A stretch of DNA of 64,000 nucleotides. Source: an uncultured Verrucomicrobiae bacterium (GTDB lineage Bacteria; Verrucomicrobiota; Verrucomicrobiia; Chthoniobacterales; JAFAMB01). Made by a program: the position numbers and the translations under genes. Shown here one piece after another: positions 22,453-34,288 of this stretch (the stretch's first letter is position 1; each line of letters opens with the position of its first letter). The DNA is taken from the NCBI GenBank assembly GCA_963813025.1, contig CAWEXO010000011.1, positions 544,001 through 608,000 on the forward strand, given 5' to 3'. The notes under the pieces are model-generated. The model searched no databases and was not told the DNA's origin. It was given only the letters and a program-made list of their open reading frames with translations.

Positions 22453-24390
22453 TTACGGTGCTGCGAACCGCTCACCGAATTGGTTTTCCAGGTTTGCCCG
22501 GATTCGCTCGAACTGGTCGCCGCCGAGATAATCGATGTAGCCCACCGGTCCGCCCTTGAAAGCGGGATAAACCCAGCCCAGGACGGAGGCGAGATCAGCG
22601 GTGTCAGGTTCCCGAATGATGCCCTCCTTCAGAGCCGAGAGCGTCTCCAAGGTTTGAATCACGAATAGCCGTTGCGCAATGATCTCTGGCTCAGCCGTCT
22701 CGGGATGTTGAGGAAACAGACTCGCCAAGCCCGGCCAAACCATCGGTCTATTGTCTTTGGGATAATCATAGATTCCGCCTCCAGTCTTTCGTCCGAGGCG
22801 GTTTCGCTGGACAAACGCCGAGAGGATTTCGACTGTTCGAGAAGCGTACTTGGCCGCTCCCCGGCCGTGCGCGGCCAAGCTGCGGGCAATGTCCAGATGC
22901 AAATCGAGGGAAAGTACATCAGCCATGGCTAAGGGACCGATCGGCATACCGGCATTTCGGGCGACGCTGTCAATCAAGATCGGAGAAACTCCTTCCCGTA
23001 CTAAGAAAAAAGCTTCCTGTGCATACGCCATCACCACTCGGCTCGTATAAAAACCAGGTCCGTCCCGGGCGACAATCGGCACTTTCCGCAAGCTTCTGGC
23101 CAGCCCGAGCGCCCGATCGAGTGTTTCTTCGCTGGTTGCCGAGCCCACAATGATCTCCAGCAACTCCATCCGTTCGACCGGTGAAAAGAAATGCGTGCCG
23201 ATGAAGCGTGTCGGATCCCGGCAGGCCTCGGCCAAGGAGGAAATCGGTAACGTGGTCGTGTTTGAGGCAAGCACCGAACTTGGCCCGAGCAGCGTTGACA
23301 CGGTCTCCAGAATGGCTTTTTTAATCGCTAATCGTTCAAACACAGCCTCGATCACGAAGTCCGCGTCCGCGATTCCGTCGATCTTCTCCAGAAAAGTGAT
23401 TCGCTCCAGGAGGACAGGGCCGTCGGTTTGTTTGAGGATTTTTTTCTTTGTACGGTCAAGCGCTTCGGCGGAAACATCGAAAAGCCGGACGTCACAGCCC
23501 GCGCGCGCGGCGGTCAGGGCGATTCCTGTTCCCATGAGGCCTGACCCCAGAATCCCCAGCCGGCGGACTGCGGCTTCGGCAGCAGTACCGCCTTTCGAGG
23601 CTTGTTGCCGCAGCGAACAAATGCGTTCGCGATTCCGTGCGGCCGGGGACTTCGCCAGCCGTTGAACTTCCTCCGCTTCGATTTTCAGCCCAGCATCAAA
23701 ACTCCTTTCCCAGCCATCATGAAAACAGCGAAGCAAGGAGGAAAAAACCTCGTCTTCCGGAGGAAATTTTTCCCGGATGCGCAAATAGCTTTTTTGAAGA
23801 AGCCGCTGGACAGACGGCTCCTGGCTATGAAAAGCGGGACGCGTACTCGTGTCCCAGGGCTGCTGCGGTTTAGGGTTCCGGCGGACCCACTGCTCGACAA
23901 CGTGAATCGGATTACTCCTGGATGCGGCGCCCCGTAAAAGTTCGCCGATGTCAGCGGCCAAAAGCGCTTCTTCAAACAAGAGTACCTGGACAGCCTTATC
24001 AGCGCCAACCAGCCACGGCAGCCGCTGCGTGGTGCCCAGAGCGGGAATATTCCCGCAGTGGATTATGGGAAAACAGGCCCGTATTGCCGGGTCCGAGAAA
24101 AAGCGGGCGTGACAGGCCAGAGCCAGTTCAAAGCCGAAGCCGCAAAGATCTCCTTCGACCATCGCGAGGAATGGCGACTCGCGCTGTTCGAGTCGGCGCA
24201 GAGCTGCTCGGAGGCGTCCGATGTAGGGTTTGGCGCTATGAAAATCCTCTATCTGCGACGTTCTCTCGCGATGGCGCACCAGCAGCGGCGCAGCGCCTAC
24301 CGCCGCATTTTCAAGGGCCGAGACGAACCGCTCGGTGACAACCGCCGGAAGCTCGAGGATGGCTATTCGCGATTCGTCTGGCGGCGGCAT
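22453..24390 (-). CDS. 3-hydroxyacyl-CoA dehydrogenase / enoyl-CoA hydratase multifunctional protein (FadB/FadJ-like)
   Basis: GFGFELALACH, GILGSGLMG, VIEAVFE, ASNTTTLP, HFFSPV and PGFYTSR motifs. The crotonase domain looks divergent or short. Confidence 0.88.
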   Translation of the reverse strand: MPPPDESRIAILELPAVVTERFVSALENAAVGAAPLLVRHRERTSQIEDFHSAKPYIGRLRAALRRLEQRESPFLAMVEGDLCGFGFELALACHARFFSDPAIRACFPIIHCGNIPALGTTQRLPWLVGADKAVQVLLFEEALLAADIGELLRGAASRSNPIHVVEQWVRRNPKPQQPWDTSTRPAFHSQEPSVQRLLQKSYLRIREKFPPEDEVFSSLLRCFHDGWERSFDAGLKIEAEEVQRLAKSPAARNRERICSLRQQASKGGTAAEAAVRRLGILGSGLMGTGIALTAARAGCDVRLFDVSAEALDRTKKKILKQTDGPVLLERITFLEKIDGIADADFVIEAVFERLAIKKAILETVSTLLGPSSVLASNTTTLPISSLAEACRDPTRFIGTHFFSPVERMELLEIIVGSATSEETLDRALGLARSLRKVPIVARDGPGFYTSRVVMAYAQEAFFLVREGVSPILIDSVARNAGMPIGPLAMADVLSLDLHLDIARSLAAHGRGAAKYASRTVEILSAFVQRNRLGRKTGGGIYDYPKDNRPMVWPGLASLFPQHPETAEPEIIAQRLFVIQTLETLSALKEGIIREPDTADLASVLGWVYPAFKGGPVGYIDYLGGDQFERIRANLENQFGERFAAP

Positions 24391-24574
24391 CTTTAGCGGG
24401 GTTACTCTCTAGCGAAGCCGCACTGAGAACCAGGAGATTTAGGTGATAAGCATAGCGCTGCGCGCCTGGTCCAGCGGCCTCGCTGAAGAGAGTCGTTGAA
24501 AAGCAAAAAAAGAAATATTTGAACGACAGAGGCGTCTGACAAAACTTGATTCATCCACGATCAATTTTCGGTGT

Positions 24575-25798
24575 TCAAGGACTCGAGGAGACTCGTTCGA
24601 CGACAGTCGCAACGCCCATACCCAAGCCGGTGCACATCGTCACCAGTCCGAGGCCCAGGTCGCGCCGCTCCAACTCATCGATCAACGTCCCCAACAGCAT
24701 GGCGCCAGTCGCTCCTACCGGATGTCCCATGGCGATCGCGCCACCGGCCACATTCACCTTTTCCCAAGGTACTTTGGTCTTTTCCATAAAGTATAAAACG
24801 ACCGAAGCGAATGCCTCGTTGACCTCGTAGAGATCAATATCGGAAAACCAGAGACCGGCGCGATGCAATGCGCGATGAGCTGCCTCGGCCGGAGCGGTCA
24901 GCATTATGCATGGGTCGTCCGCCGCTGAGGCGGTCGCCAGGATACGGGCGCGCGGCCGTAGTCCTAGTTTTCTACCGCCCTCCTTCGAACCGAGCAGGAC
25001 GACCGCAGCACCGTCGGCGATCCCGGACGAATTACCGGCATGATGCACATAATTGATTGAGCCCACCTCCGGATAACGGTATCGGACGATTTTGGCGTAG
25101 CCTTCTTCGCCGGCTTTCTGGAAAGATGGTGAGAGTTTGGCCAGGCTCTGCGTCGTGACGTTGTCGCGCACGAGTTCGTCGCGAGTCACAGTGTCGCCGT
25201 GAGCGAAGCGTACCGGGACAACCGATCGATCAAACCAACCCTTGTGCCAGGCAAGCGAGGCGCGCTGCTGCGAAGAAGCAGCCAGAGCATCCACGTCGGT
25301 GCGCGAGTATCCTTGTCGGGTGGCAATCAGATCGGCCGATAACCCTTGTGGGATGGACACGATCCGGTCTTTGAAGCGCACGTCAGACAGCAAGGGTCCA
25401 CCCGAACCGAAAATCGTAAAGAGCGAGAGCATCTCGACACCCCCGGCAATGACCAGTTCTTCCTGTCCAGCAATTACTTTCGCGGCTCCGGTATTCACCG
25501 CATCGAGAGCGGAGCCACAGAAACGTGAAACCATGAACCCAGGAGTAGCGATCGAATAACCGGCGTTGAGCGCAGCGGATCGGGCGAGATTGCCGCCCTG
25601 ATCATCGTATTGTTCACAGCAGCCGAGAATAATCTCTGATTCGGAGTCCTCGATGCCAGGGTACCGCTCTCGCAATTCGGCGAGCAACAAAGTCGTCAGG
25701 CCCACCGGAGTTTGGGTATGCAAACTGCCGGACGTCTTCCCACGTCCACGAGGAGTGCGGATCGCATCAAAAATCAATGCGGCTTCGGTGTTAGCCAT
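24575..25798 (-). CDS. Acetyl-CoA C-acyltransferase (thiolase)
   Basis: RTPRG, RFCGS, AGNSSGIADGA, NEAFA, GGAIAMGHP and MCTGLGMG motifs. Confidence 0.93.
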   Translation of the reverse strand: MANTEAALIFDAIRTPRGRGKTSGSLHTQTPVGLTTLLLAELRERYPGIEDSESEIILGCCEQYDDQGGNLARSAALNAGYSIATPGFMVSRFCGSALDAVNTGAAKVIAGQEELVIAGGVEMLSLFTIFGSGGPLLSDVRFKDRIVSIPQGLSADLIATRQGYSRTDVDALAASSQQRASLAWHKGWFDRSVVPVRFAHGDTVTRDELVRDNVTTQSLAKLSPSFQKAGEEGYAKIVRYRYPEVGSINYVHHAGNSSGIADGAAVVLLGSKEGGRKLGLRPRARILATASAADDPCIMLTAPAEAAHRALHRAGLWFSDIDLYEVNEAFASVVLYFMEKTKVPWEKVNVAGGAIAMGHPVGATGAMLLGTLIDELERRDLGLGLVTMCTGLGMGVATVVERVSSSP

Positions 25799-25955
25799 GC
25801 GCTCTAGTTCTGTTCGCTTTCGCAGATTACCACAACCATCGTGTCCGCCATAGTGTCGGCGTCTTGAATAGAGTCCCTGTTAGCTTCCTTGTGCGAAGGG
25901 CTTAGAGAACGGGCGACGTGTTGCTCCGCTTGTGCGGCGAAGGAAAAAAACCAAT

Positions 25956-26564
25956 TTATCCAAAGTCCAGCTGGGACAGAAACGAATTCTGTTTGACCGT
26001 GGCCGCGACATAGAGCGGATGTCTTGGGAACCCTTCCTTGGATATGCCCAGACACTTCAACCGTGTTCCCCGGATGAGCCGCAGAACTTTGCGATCGCGT
26101 TCCAAAAACTTTCCGCCTGCTCCCCAGGCAACGAAAATTGTGGAAACGCGGGCGGCGGCGCGGAGTAGATAATCATCGTTTTCCGGTCCGATCGGATCTC
26201 TATGTCGCCGTAATGCTTTTCGGTCTGTTGAGACCAACGCAAAAAGGTTAGTTAAATAAAGCGCGTTGAAACCCGCGGCTGCGCTGAAATCGCGGATCCG
26301 GAGCAGTGTCCGATCGAGCCGGCGTTCGTCGGCCAAGGACGGGTTTAATCCGATCCACAGACAGGCCTTTCGTGGGCACGCGTGATCCCATCGATGGACT
26401 AAGAGATAGCGATAGGTCCGGTCAGCGGAGAAGACGCAGAAATTCACTGGCGCAAGACCCGGAGCTTCACTGGATCCTCGGCTCATTGCTTGCCGGCCGG
26501 CCGCGCTGGTTGGGTCATCATATGCGAGCTTGGCATCATGTTGCCGCGTTTTCACAAGGCGCAA
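25956..26564 (-). CDS. DUF1643 domain protein; start uncertain
   Basis: YRYLLVHRW, IGLNPS, NLFAL, VAWG and PRHPLY motifs. Confidence 0.8.
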   Translation of the reverse strand: MRLVKTRQHDAKLAYDDPTSAAGRQAMSRGSSEAPGLAPVNFCVFSADRTYRYLLVHRWDHACPRKACLWIGLNPSLADERRLDRTLLRIRDFSAAAGFNALYLTNLFALVSTDRKALRRHRDPIGPENDDYLLRAAARVSTIFVAWGAGGKFLERDRKVLRLIRGTRLKCLGISKEGFPRHPLYVAATVKQNSFLSQLDFG

Positions 26565-26584
26565 AAACGATGCTAGCTGATCCG

Positions 26585-27700
26585 CTAAGAGCAGGGGACG
26601 AAAACCTCTTTCCCCAGCTGACTCGACCGGTAAATAGCGTCAAGGATTTCCATGAGCTGAATTGCCTGGCTCGAGCTGTTCACTGCGGGTTCATCGCCGC
26701 GAATCGAGAGAAGAAAGTTCCGGTCTTGCTCGCTGAATTCGTAGGCCCGAAGGGCGTCACCACGTAGATTCTCGACTTCAATCTGATTCTCCACTAAAGC
26801 TCCGTCCTGGTCCTCGAAGAACGAGAGCGCCGAGGGGCACGTATTCGAATCGATATTAAATACGTCCGTAACTTTCAACGATCCCTTCGGCCCGTAAGTG
26901 GTGGTCGTGAACAGTGAGCGGCCACGCTGCGGACTGAGTGGAATGTCGTTGGTGAGGTTAGCGGCCCAGCTGGTCTTGAACAGCAATGTCGCCCCGTTTT
27001 CGAATCGAATCATTCCGTAAGCGTTATCTTCAACGTCAAAAGTCTTGTTGTTAACCAGCTGGGGAAATTTCTGGTAGGTCTGAGCTGAAATTGCTCGCGG
27101 CTGCGGGGTTCCCATAAGGTACCATGCGGCATCAATTGCGTGTATGCCGAGGTCGATAACCACACCTCCACCTGCCTTCGATCGTTCGGTGAACCAGCCG
27201 TCCAAGCCAGTGGGAGTGCCTCGGGACCTGACCCAGAGGGTCTCGGCAAAGTAGATCTCGCCTAACCGGCGCTCAGCGACAATTCTCTTCGCCCTTTGCA
27301 TTGCCGGAGAAAAGCGCATCTGACGCCCGAAGTAATAAAGCAGTCCTCGTTTTTGCGCTTCTTCGTGGAGCGTTCGCATCTGCGCGGCGTTCATCGTTGG
27401 TGGCTTTTCGCACAGCACATGCTTTCCTGTCTGGAGGGCTTTCAGCGAACAAGGGTAGTGTAGAGAGTTCGGCAGACTGATCACGATGGCTTCCAGGTCT
27501 CGATCCATCAACATCTCATCAAACGAGGTGAAAGTGTGCATTGGTTCAAATCTCGCCGCAAAAGCCTTGAGTCGTTCGGCATTCAGATCGCAGACGGAAT
27601 AAACGATTCCCAACGATGATCCATTGATCGCTTCCGCGTGACGTTCTCCTGGCCAACCTAGGCCGGCGATTCCGACGAGAATGGAAGATGTCGAAGCCAT
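26585..27700 (-). CDS. Gfo/Idh/MocA family oxidoreductase
   Basis: GIAGLG, GKHVLCEKP and GGGVVIDLGIHAID motifs. Confidence 0.9.
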   Translation of the reverse strand: MASTSSILVGIAGLGWPGERHAEAINGSSLGIVYSVCDLNAERLKAFAARFEPMHTFTSFDEMLMDRDLEAIVISLPNSLHYPCSLKALQTGKHVLCEKPPTMNAAQMRTLHEEAQKRGLLYYFGRQMRFSPAMQRAKRIVAERRLGEIYFAETLWVRSRGTPTGLDGWFTERSKAGGGVVIDLGIHAIDAAWYLMGTPQPRAISAQTYQKFPQLVNNKTFDVEDNAYGMIRFENGATLLFKTSWAANLTNDIPLSPQRGRSLFTTTTYGPKGSLKVTDVFNIDSNTCPSALSFFEDQDGALVENQIEVENLRGDALRAYEFSEQDRNFLLSIRGDEPAVNSSSQAIQLMEILDAIYRSSQLGKEVFVPCS

Positions 27701-27938
27701 TCCTCAATTACGTACGACTTTCCTGGTCTGCGAATGAAAGTATTGTCAAACCAGCTCGAAAATCATCGCGAAGCAGTGATGGCGATGACTGGCGTCATAA
27801 AACATTCCAGCGCTGACCAAAAGTTTGACTGAGCCTTTTGGAGGAGGCTTTCATGGGAGCCTCGAACGCCGCAAAATAATGCTATTAAGAAGAACGATTG
27901 TAACCTCCGGGATGGCTCCCGCGTCGGCTTACATTGCT

Positions 27939-28412
27939 ATGAGACCTCTTCTAATTTCGATTTGTCTAATGCTTGCCTGCGGATCGCTCCAGGCGCAGAG
28001 CTCGGATGCGACGCCGGCACAAAGCCCTTCCTTCGAACAGCACGGTAGGTGGGGGAACCATCGTGGCGGCTGGATCTGGAAAGAGCTGAACCTGACTGAT
28101 ACCCAAAAAGCGGATCTTAAAACGTATCGACAACAGCATAAGACCGAGTTTCGCGCGGCGTTGGCCAACGTGCTAGCCGCCCGGCTGAAGCTGCAACAGG
28201 ACATCAACGCCAATGATCAAACGGCGATTACGACCGATGCTACGACCCTGGGTCAAGCGGCGGCCCAATTGGCTAAAGCGCGTGCCGCGGAGTTTAGTTA
28301 CCTGGCAGGCATTCTAAATCCCGATCAAACTGCCACCTTGCAGAGCCTGCAACAGAAACGCCAGGCCCGGATGCAGGACTGGATCAATAAACTAAACCAA
28401 CCCGGCACTTAG
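27939..28412 (+). CDS. Spy/CpxP family periplasmic chaperone
   Basis: Signal peptide MRPLLISICLMLACGSLQAQ; LNLTDTQK and ILNPDQ (LTxxQ) motifs. Confidence 0.75.
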   Translation: MRPLLISICLMLACGSLQAQSSDATPAQSPSFEQHGRWGNHRGGWIWKELNLTDTQKADLKTYRQQHKTEFRAALANVLAARLKLQQDINANDQTAITTDATTLGQAAAQLAKARAAEFSYLAGILNPDQTATLQSLQQKRQARMQDWINKLNQPGT

Positions 28413-28786
28413 CCGTCGGCTTTCGTCTGTGCAGGTGCAGAATCATGCTGCTCCGGCAAGAACAGCGCCGCGTCCGAATAGTTCGTGAAGTCTCGGAACG
28501 TTTGTAAATCGATGGAGCCCGGCGTGACACGATCACGCTGGCAAAGCCGAGGGCCACTGCGCTGCTGCAAATAAGTCCGCTGCGATTCCGGCAACTCTCG
28601 GAGAAGCGAGTTGGACGCGCCTTTTAAGGTAATCAACCGACGGGATTATAACAGGCCGGTAAGCGAGATTCCGAACGTCGGATTCGATGGAGGTGGCGTC
28701 GCCGCCGAGTTGTTGGACCAATAATCGACATGTTTCACGGGCGACAACCGTGAGGTGGCGAAGTATGGTCCCCAACGAATCCGTCG

Positions 28787-30484
28787 ATGACCGAACTTGA
28801 CAAAGAAGAGCAATTCTATCGCGATACGGAGGGCATTGCCTTTCCGAAACTCGATGATCGGCAGCTCGCGATGCTGGAGCCCCTCGGTACGCGCCGCATC
28901 GTGCGGCGCGGCGAACTGGTATACAAAGCTGGCCAGCGTGATCTCGGGCTGACGGCGGTCCTGCGCGGCGAGCTGGAAGTTTTCGAGTCGCGCGACGGGC
29001 AAGAGCAAATCCTCGCGACGTCAGGCCCGCGCGGTTTCATCGGAGACGTTGCGATGCTTATGGGCACCGCGGCGCTGGCCAGCACGCGGGGCAAAGCGGA
29101 TGAGAGCGAAATTCTGGAAGTACCCGCAGATAGGCTTCGCCAGGCGCTCGCGGAGCTGCCCGGCGTCAGCGAGCCGATCGTGCGCGCGTTCATCATGCGT
29201 CGGCAGCGGCTGAAGCGCGACCGGGAGTTTGCCGGGCTGCGCATTCTCGCGCAGGACGGTTCGCGAGATGGCCACCAACTCGACGATTTTCTCGACAAAA
29301 ATCACGTCCCGCATCGATTGATCGATTTTGAAAGCGAATACGGACGAGCCTTGTGCGAGCGCTTTCACCTTGCGAGTCGCGATCTGCCCGCACTGATCAC
29401 GGCGAACGGCAGGCCGCTGCGGCGCCCGTCTTTGCGCGAAGTCGCGCGGGTCGCCGGGCTGCTTCGACCGCTGGCGGCGCGAGGACGAGAGCGAAATTAA
29501 GTGCGATCTCGCCATCATCGGCGCAGGTCCGGCCGGTCTCGCCGCCGCGGTTTATGCCGCGTCCGAAGGGCTCAGAACTGTGGTTTTGGAAGGTTATGCG
29601 CCGGGCGGGCAAGCCGGATCATCTTCGCTGATCGAGAACTTTTTCGGCTTTCCCGCCGGCATCAGCGGCGGCGAGCTGACTTTCAGCGCGCAACTTCAGG
29701 CCTATCGTTTCGGCGCAAAGTTCTCCACGCCCGCGCAGGCGCTCTCGCTCGAATTGAGCGACGGCGAGCACCGCGCGTCCTGGAAATCGAGGGCTGCAGC
29801 GCCACTCTTCTGGCTAAGTGCGTCATCATTGCGACGGGCGCGGACTACCATCGTCTGGAAGCTGAGGGGCGCGAGGACTTCGAGGGCTCCGGCGTTTACT
29901 ACGCTGCCACGGCGCGCGAAGGGCAACTTTGTCGCGGCTCTACCGTCGTCGTCGTCGGCGGCGGGAACTCTGCGGGCCAGGCTGCGATGTTTCTCTCCGA
30001 AAGCGCGAAGAGAGTGCTGCTGGTAATTCGCGGCGAAGATCTCGCCAAAAGCATGTCGAGTTATCTCTCGCGTCGCGTCGAGGCGAAGGAGAACATCGAA
30101 ATTCTGGCGCAAACCGAGATCCGGAAAATGACGGGCGGGAAGGTGCTGGAAGCTGTCGAACTGGAGAACACGCAGACGCACGAACGGAGAACTGTGCAGA
30201 CGTCTGCCGTCTTTTCCATGATCGGCGCAAAACCATGCACTACTTGGCTGCCGTCCGAAATCGAGCGCGACGAAAAGGGCTTCATCAAAACCGGTCACGC
30301 TGTCCTTGACGCGCCATCGTGGAAAGGCATGGGCCGTTTGCCTGGGCCGCTGGAAACGAGTTGGCCAGGAATTTTTGCGGCGGGCGACGTGCGCTCTGGC
30401 TCGGTGAAACGCTGCGCCGCCGCCGTGGGTGAGGGTGGCATGGCGGTCGAGGGCGTGCACGAGGTCCTCAGGACTTACTCCTAG
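28787..30484 (+). CDS. Cyclic-nucleotide-binding domain + thioredoxin reductase fusion (2 frameshifts)
   Basis: cNMP-like N-terminus (FPKLDDRQL...), [40 protein letters not shown] and [13 protein letters not shown] motifs. Confidence 0.85.
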
Positions 30485-30633
30485 ACGCGTGGTCATCGTG
30501 TGTCACGGCACGCGCGATTGACAATTGCCAGCTGGCTAATTGCACAGCTACCTCCCTTTGCCACGGCCCACTCCCTATGCTCGCTCCCTCCGCTTTTATT
30601 GACTGTTTTCTCTCCGGCTGATCAGCTGTATTC

Positions 30634-31698
30634 ATGAAAACTTACCATATCGCGGCGATTCCCGGGGACGGCATCGGCAAGGAAGTCGTGCCTCAGGGCA
30701 CCCGGGTTCTCGATGCCGCCGCAAAACGGTTCGGTTTTGCAATGGACTGGCAACACTTCCCTTGGAGTTGCGAGTACTATCGGGAGACCGGCAGGATGAT
30801 GCCGGCCGACGGCCTTGAGCAGCTCCGGTCGTTTGACGCGATTTTTCTCGGTGCGGTCGGTTTTCCGGGTGTGCCGGACCACATCTCGCTTTGGGGTTTG
30901 CTGATACCAATTCGACGGACCTTCGAACAGTACGCCAACGTTCGGCCGGTGCGTCTCATGCCGGGGATCGTTTCTCCTCTCCGCGACCGCAATCTAGGGG
31001 ATATCGACTTCATCATTGTTCGCGAAAACAATGAAGGTGAGTACTCCTCGATCGGGGGAAGGATCTTCGAAGGCACCCCCAACGAGGTCGTCACTCAGGA
31101 GTCGGTTTTTACCCGGCGCGGCGTGGACCGGATCTTGCGTTACGCCTTTGAACTAGCTCGCAGCCGCAATCGCAAACACTTAACGTCAGCCACCAAGTCG
31201 AATGGCATTACTATTACCATGCCGTTCTGGGACGAGCGTTTCAATGCAATCAGTGCCGATTATCCAGATGTGCGGACGGATCAATTTCACATCGATATTC
31301 TAGCGGCCCATTTTGTTCTGCATCCGGACTGGTTCGAAGTCGTGGTCGGTTCAAACCTGTTTGGCGATATTCTTTCCGATTTAGGCCCAGCGTGCACTGG
31401 CACGATCGCGATCGCGCCTTCGGCTAATCTGAATCCCGAGAGGAATTATCCTTCGATGTTTGAACCGGTGCACGGATCGGCTCCAGACATCGCTGGGCGC
31501 GGTCTTGCTAATCCGATTGGCCAGATTTGGTCGGGTGCGATGATGGTTGAACATCTGGGCGAAAGCGAAGCGGCCCAAGAGATCGGGCGCGGAATTGAAC
31601 ACACGTTGCTCAAAGGTCTCCGGACAAGGGATCTTGGCGGGACAGCGACAACGGCGGAGATTGGAGCGGCGATTGCTGAAGCCTGTGTCAAGTCATAG
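30634..31698 (+). CDS. ttuC: Tartrate dehydrogenase / D-malate dehydrogenase (decarboxylating)
   Basis: IPGDGIGKEV, VPDHISLWGLL, TKSNG, NLFGDILSDL and EPVHGSAPDIAG motifs. Confidence 0.88.
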   Translation: MKTYHIAAIPGDGIGKEVVPQGTRVLDAAAKRFGFAMDWQHFPWSCEYYRETGRMMPADGLEQLRSFDAIFLGAVGFPGVPDHISLWGLLIPIRRTFEQYANVRPVRLMPGIVSPLRDRNLGDIDFIIVRENNEGEYSSIGGRIFEGTPNEVVTQESVFTRRGVDRILRYAFELARSRNRKHLTSATKSNGITITMPFWDERFNAISADYPDVRTDQFHIDILAAHFVLHPDWFEVVVGSNLFGDILSDLGPACTGTIAIAPSANLNPERNYPSMFEPVHGSAPDIAGRGLANPIGQIWSGAMMVEHLGESEAAQEIGRGIEHTLLKGLRTRDLGGTATTAEIGAAIAEACVKS

Positions 31699-31855
31699 AT
31701 AGAGGTCGCAGCCCAATTCTCCGGTTGAGATTGTGGACGGGGGCCCGGTCTGTCGCGAAAATTCATTCGAGCGACAGGCGAGAACTTACTTGACGTGTCC
31801 GCCATAACCTTGGCGAAGGCGGAGCCATCTGGAGCGGGTGGTTCACCCAAGCGTC

Positions 31856-31882
31856 CGGCTCAAATAAATTTTCGCCCTACCG
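31856..31882 (-). repeat. REP copy (CGGTAGGGCGAAAATTTATTTGAGCCG)
   Basis: Same family as the REPs flanking RAYT2 at 60.8-61.8 kb. Confidence 0.8.
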
Positions 31883-32135
31883 CCACAGGACAGTGCGGCA
31901 TTCTGAGACGATCTCTAGCGCTCGCGCGACCAAACGCTTGATGGCGCAGGACCAAAGACGGCTTGGGACATCCCTCGAACCTCTTTTCCCGAACCCTAGC
32001 TCGATGCGCGCACTACAGATTGCCCAAAGTCCGACAGACCCGGGGGCCGTCCGCCTCTGTCCTCCCTTTCGGGGGACTACGGCGCGACAAGTTTCGCGCA
32101 GGTGACCCTGCGATGGCGACCTGCGGGAAGCAGAG

Positions 32136-32966
32136 TTAATGCAGTTTGATCGCTTTGTAGGACTGCATGGTTTCCACGAGCGCTTTTTCCACCGGCAGAC
32201 GTTCCATGCTCGAGGCGCCATAGAAACCGTGAATGCCCTTGGTGTGATGCAGGACGAACTCAGCATCCTCCGGCTCGGAGATTGGACCGCCGTGACAAAG
32301 CACCAGGATGTCGCGGCTGACGGACCGAGCAGCATCGGCAATCGCCTGAACCCGCTCTGGCGCCTCTTCCAAGGTGACCGCCGTGGAGGCGCCGATGGAG
32401 CCCTTCGTGGTGAGTCCCAGGTGAGCAACCACGATATCGGCCCCGGCGCGAGCCATCGCCGTGGCCTCACCGGGATTGAAGCAATAGGGCGTGGTCAGAA
32501 GGTCGAGTTCCCGAGCAGCGCGAATCATGTTCACCTCTAAATCGTAGCCCATACCTGTTTCCTCGAGGTTTTTCCGGAACAAACCGTCGTAAAGGCCAAC
32601 TGTAGGAAAATTCTGTACTCCGGCGAAACCGATTTCTTTGATCTGCTTCAGAAACAAAGGGATCTGTCGGAATGGATCGGTACCGCATACGCCGGCTAAA
32701 ACCGGCACGCTCTTGACGATCGTCAAAACCTCGCTCGCCATCTCGAGGACGATCGCGTTAGCATCTCCATAGGGCATCAATCCGGCAAGGGACCCACGGC
32801 CGGCCATCCGGTAACGGCCGCTATTATAGATGACAATCAGGTCAACACCGCCGGCCTCCTCAAACTTGGCCGAGATCCCAGTACCGGCGCCGCCACCGAT
32901 AATCGGTCGACCTTCCCCGATGATTTTTCGAAACCTGCGCAGAATCTGTTGGCGTGTTTTGGACAT
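32136..32966 (-). CDS. Phosphoenolpyruvate hydrolase-like TIM-barrel protein
   Basis: [36 protein letters not shown] and [12 protein letters not shown] motifs. Start taken at MSKTRQQ. Confidence 0.85.
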   Translation of the reverse strand: MSKTRQQILRRFRKIIGEGRPIIGGGAGTGISAKFEEAGGVDLIVIYNSGRYRMAGRGSLAGLMPYGDANAIVLEMASEVLTIVKSVPVLAGVCGTDPFRQIPLFLKQIKEIGFAGVQNFPTVGLYDGLFRKNLEETGMGYDLEVNMIRAARELDLLTTPYCFNPGEATAMARAGADIVVAHLGLTTKGSIGASTAVTLEEAPERVQAIADAARSVSRDILVLCHGGPISEPEDAEFVLHHTKGIHGFYGASSMERLPVEKALVETMQSYKAIKLH

Positions 32967-33043
32967 TTTGAGGGAGCTGGTTCGAACTGAGATTTTGCCT
33001 GTTCCAGCCCTCCGTGCAAGGTAAGACGCACGAGCCGCGTGTC

Positions 33044-34288
33044 TTACGCTCCCATGCGCCAACTCTTCTTTTGCTCAATGAGTTGGCCGATCAATTCGAC
33101 CGCCTTCGCGGCGAACTCCGGATCGTTGATGTTATGCTCACTTTTAACAATGGGAATGCCGGGATTGAGCGTTTGCCGGATGGCGTCGAACATGGCTCGG
33201 TCGGCCGCGCGGTCGCAAAACGGCTGGCCGTCGCCGTCAAGCATCGAAACGCCGCGCAAAGGAAAGAGGAAAGCAACAGGACCCTTCGCCGCGTTCGCTT
33301 TTTCGGCAAAAATTTCGCCCATGCGCCGGTTTTCGGCTTCATTGGTCCTCATCAAGGTAACGGAAGGGTTCCATTCATAAAACAGGCGGCCGGCTTCGCG
33401 GTACCGCGCGGGGACCGTGGAAGGCGCGCCAAAGTTGACCATATCGACACAGCCCGGCACGATCAGATGCGGAACACCGCTTTGGCCCGGAGCGCTCAGC
33501 CGTTCGGGACCAGCGCTGAACACCCCTCCGCAAAGTTCGTCTGCCCACTCTGTCGTGGTGATGTCGAGGACTGCTTCGACCAAGCCATCCGCGACGAGCG
33601 TCTCCATGGCGCGGCCGCCGGCGCCGGTGGCATGAAATACCAGCACCTCAAAGCCTTTCTCGTTGAGCGATTTTACGCAGGCGTTCACGCAATCAGTGGT
33701 GTTGCCGAACATCGAAGCAACGATCACGGGCCGATCCGCTTCGGGATGGGGTGGTTCGCTTTGGACCATCCCGGAGATCGCACCGGCCGCTCTGGTATAA
33801 ACCAAACGGGAAATGCGGTTCAGCCCGGCCACATCGACGATTGCCGGGAACATGACGATATCTTTGCCACGCACATAAAAAGAAGCGTCTCCGGAAGCGA
33901 CGGTTGAGACGAGCACCTTGGGTACTCCAATGGGCAAGGCGCGCATGGCCGAGGAGATAATGGCTGAGCCGCTGGAGCCGCCCATCCCGATGATGCCGTC
34001 AAACTTTCGCTGGGCGTAAAGCTGTTCAATAAAGCGCGGAGCGGCCTGATCGAGCGTTTTCATTGCTTCGGCCTTGTCATGGCGGGCGCGCAACGCATCC
34101 AGATCGACGTTGATCGCCTGGAGAACGGCGGCGGTTTCGAAATCTACCGGCAGGCGGTCGGTCGAGCTGAGGAAGCCGATGTTGACGGTCAGAACTTGGT
34201 GACCGAGTTGCTGAATCTGTTCACGGAGGAACGCATGATCGTCGCCTTTGGTATCGAAGGCGCCAATAACACAGATAGTTTTTGCCAT
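33044..34288 (-). CDS. UPF0261 / Tm-1-like ATP-binding domain protein
   Basis: [36 protein letters not shown] and [10 protein letters not shown] motifs. Start taken at MAKTICV. Confidence 0.87.
   Translation of the reverse strand: MAKTICVIGAFDTKGDDHAFLREQIQQLGHQVLTVNIGFLSSTDRLPVDFETAAVLQAINVDLDALRARHDKAEAMKTLDQAAPRFIEQLYAQRKFDGIIGMGGSSGSAIISSAMRALPIGVPKVLVSTVASGDASFYVRGKDIVMFPAIVDVAGLNRISRLVYTRAAGAISGMVQSEPPHPEADRPVIVASMFGNTTDCVNACVKSLNEKGFEVLVFHATGAGGRAMETLVADGLVEAVLDITTTEWADELCGGVFSAGPERLSAPGQSGVPHLIVPGCVDMVNFGAPSTVPARYREAGRLFYEWNPSVTLMRTNEAENRRMGEIFAEKANAAKGPVAFLFPLRGVSMLDGDGQPFCDRAADRAMFDAIRQTLNPGIPIVKSEHNINDPEFAAKAVELIGQLIEQKKSWRMGA

Noticed and set aside
28409..28775. Frameshifted gene between the Spy/CpxP and TrxB genes
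   Set aside because: The short minus-strand ORFs have no recognisable motif.
33014..33907. Long antisense ORFs (this one, 29702-30496, 39123-39803 and others)
   Set aside because: They are shadow ORFs opposite well-supported genes in GC-rich DNA.
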